A stretch of DNA of 63,885 bases, the filler included, from Neoconidiobolus thromboides FSU 785 (taxonomy: Eukaryota; Fungi; Entomophthoromycota), in assembly GCA_025603075.1 (NCBI GenBank). It is 9 parts of 9 records of this genome, joined end to end, with 100 filler letters (N's around TTAATTAATTAA, not from the genome) between each part and the next. Parts side by side here need not be neighbours in the genome. Positions count along the whole stretch, not along the records: positions 62,070 to 63,885 come from MU626907.1; 8 more parts are not named here. One strand, given 5' to 3'. The position numbers were made by a program, and so were the translations under genes. Under the pieces are notes generated by a model. That model was not told where the DNA came from, did not search any database, and saw only the letters and a list, made by a program, of their open reading frames with translations. Below are positions 62,469-63,885 of the stretch, in pieces. Every line of letters begins with the position of its first letter. The first letter of the stretch is position 1.

Positions 62469-62575
62469 ATTTGAGAAGGTTTTTTTTGGTTCCATTACTT
62501 TTTCTATCTTTTAAACACTATTTGAGTGGAAAAATTATTAGTAAAATTCTTAAACACAAAAATACATCCCCATTT
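62469..62575 (-). mobile_element. Family A MITE
   Basis: TSD ATTT/ATTT. Confidence 0.9.
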
Positions 62576-62659
62576 ATTGTTTATTTTGATATTGAAAAAT
62601 GAATGGTGTAATAAATTTTTCTTAAGCGAATTAACTGATGTTAGTTAATATAAAAAAGA

Positions 62660-63670
62660 TGGCCCTTGAAAATATTTTTCTGAATTACTATATATTGCAA
62701 GATGAAAAAGACCTGAATTAATTTTATATATCTGGACGTATATATAGTAAGGAATTAATGGAAGTGAAATCAATTCAATTAGAACCATTTAACATAAAAA
62801 CAAAACAAATAAAGACAATGCACAAGCTAATAAAAAGAAAAAAAATTCTAAATTTATTTATATTAAACAAAAAATCATATTATTTCGAATATCTATTGGA
62901 GGAGGGCATAAGGATGGAATATCCTTACAGGAGCTTATATGAATTAGATTTAAAAACAAAGGAAATAACATTATACACTTTAAACTCAATATAAGCGATA
63001 AAGGGTGTAAAATTCATCAAGTTGATTAAGGAAGTTTATTTTATTACAAGTACTAAAAATTATTTATACATCGAAATTTATAAATTAAATTTTTATCCAT
63101 TCTCAATTAAAAAAATAGAAAAAGAGCTTATATTCAATAATTGGGGATGTTTTACCAGCTATAAAAATTAATCAATTTCTTTGGGCCACAAACTTCTAAA
63201 CCTAATGTTCAACAAGAAGAAGAGATTACAAACAGAACATTAATATTAAACACTGGTAGTTAAGAAATTATTGATGATCTATCTCTATTGATCAAAGTTA
63301 GGAAAGATAATAATAAAGTAAGCAGCAAAGAAAGCAAAGAGTCAAATAGTAACAGCAATGATAGTAGCAGTAATAATTTTCTAGGAGGTATTGTTAGTGG
63401 AATAAGTATAGTTATATTAATATTAGTAGTTATAATATCTATACTATATATGATAAAACAAAGAAAGAAAAACCTCCAAATGTTATCTTTGAATCTATTT
63501 TGATTATGCCTATAAATCCATTAAAAGTAAATAATAACTATTACAACACTGAACTATTCAGTCATTCACATGAAATTGATGGTGATGGTGATATTAATAT
63601 TACAGTGCCTGAGAAATTACATCCTAAAGCCACAAGAGGAGTGAGTATGATGAAAGAAAAAAAGAATGAT
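62660..63670 (+). pseudogene. Degenerate single-pass membrane protein gene, possibly Kelch/beta-propeller type
   Basis: Broken frames with YELDLKTKEIT and WGCFTSYK, an S/N-rich stalk, TM GGIVSGISIVILILVVIISILY and basic KQRKK; stops and frameshifts between the pieces. Confidence 0.45.
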
Positions 63671-63885
63671 TGAATTGAGTTTTATTACTTTTAAAAACCA
63701 AGAAAATTATATGTTATTGTTTTATTATTTTGTTATCTTTACTGTATATAAAAGTTATGATTTATAGTATATAAATCAAGCTTATAATAATTTACTCTTT
63801 TCAGTTATTAGAAACTCAATCTATTAAAAAAACTTAAATTAAAAACAACAAAGTACTTTAATCTATTCAATATCATAGTTCAATT

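Noticed and set aside
912-62575. Family A as a CRISPR array or a bacterial REP element
   Set aside because: Copies are dispersed in both orientations with TIRs and TSDs, there are no regular spacers or cas genes, and the context is eukaryotic
63139-63152. AATT|GGGGATGT, an apparent MITE terminus
   Set aside because: No further similarity; it reads as NWGC codons of the pseudogene

Overview
Very AT-rich eukaryotic scaffold segment with nine N-gaps (eight are 100-bp spacers containing an artificial TTAATTAATTAA linker). GT-AG introns of 44-55 nt and a tRNA-Thr(AGT) indicate a eukaryote; the gene content suggests an early-diverging fungus, possibly Entomophthoromycota (inference only). Intron-containing core genes: CTR9-like TPR protein with a long charged repeat N-terminus, septin CDC12, otubain and a Srs2/UvrD helicase. 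Intronless accessory genes: secreted alpha-carbonic anhydrase, membrane UDP-glycosyltransferase, lipase, S28 peptidase, 7TM receptor, divergent homeodomain protein, signal-peptide catalase and a bacterial-type DAACS symporter. There are also several pseudogenes and gap-truncated genes. The most notable signal is a three-tier DNA-transposon system not shown by the ORF track: (1) a decayed Sola2-like transposase at about 22090-23814 (-) ending in a GG(A/G)G(A/T)TGT terminus at 21642; (2) further copies of that terminus; (3) about 36 copies of a ~98-bp hairpin MITE with GGGGATGT termini and copy-specific 4-bp target-site duplications, covering about 6% of the window and absent from intact genes. 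A 461-bp TG...CA solo-LTR-like family is also present, and two contigs have ends that are near-perfect inverted copies of each other. All coordinates and alignments were read by hand; repeat boundaries may be off by a few bases.
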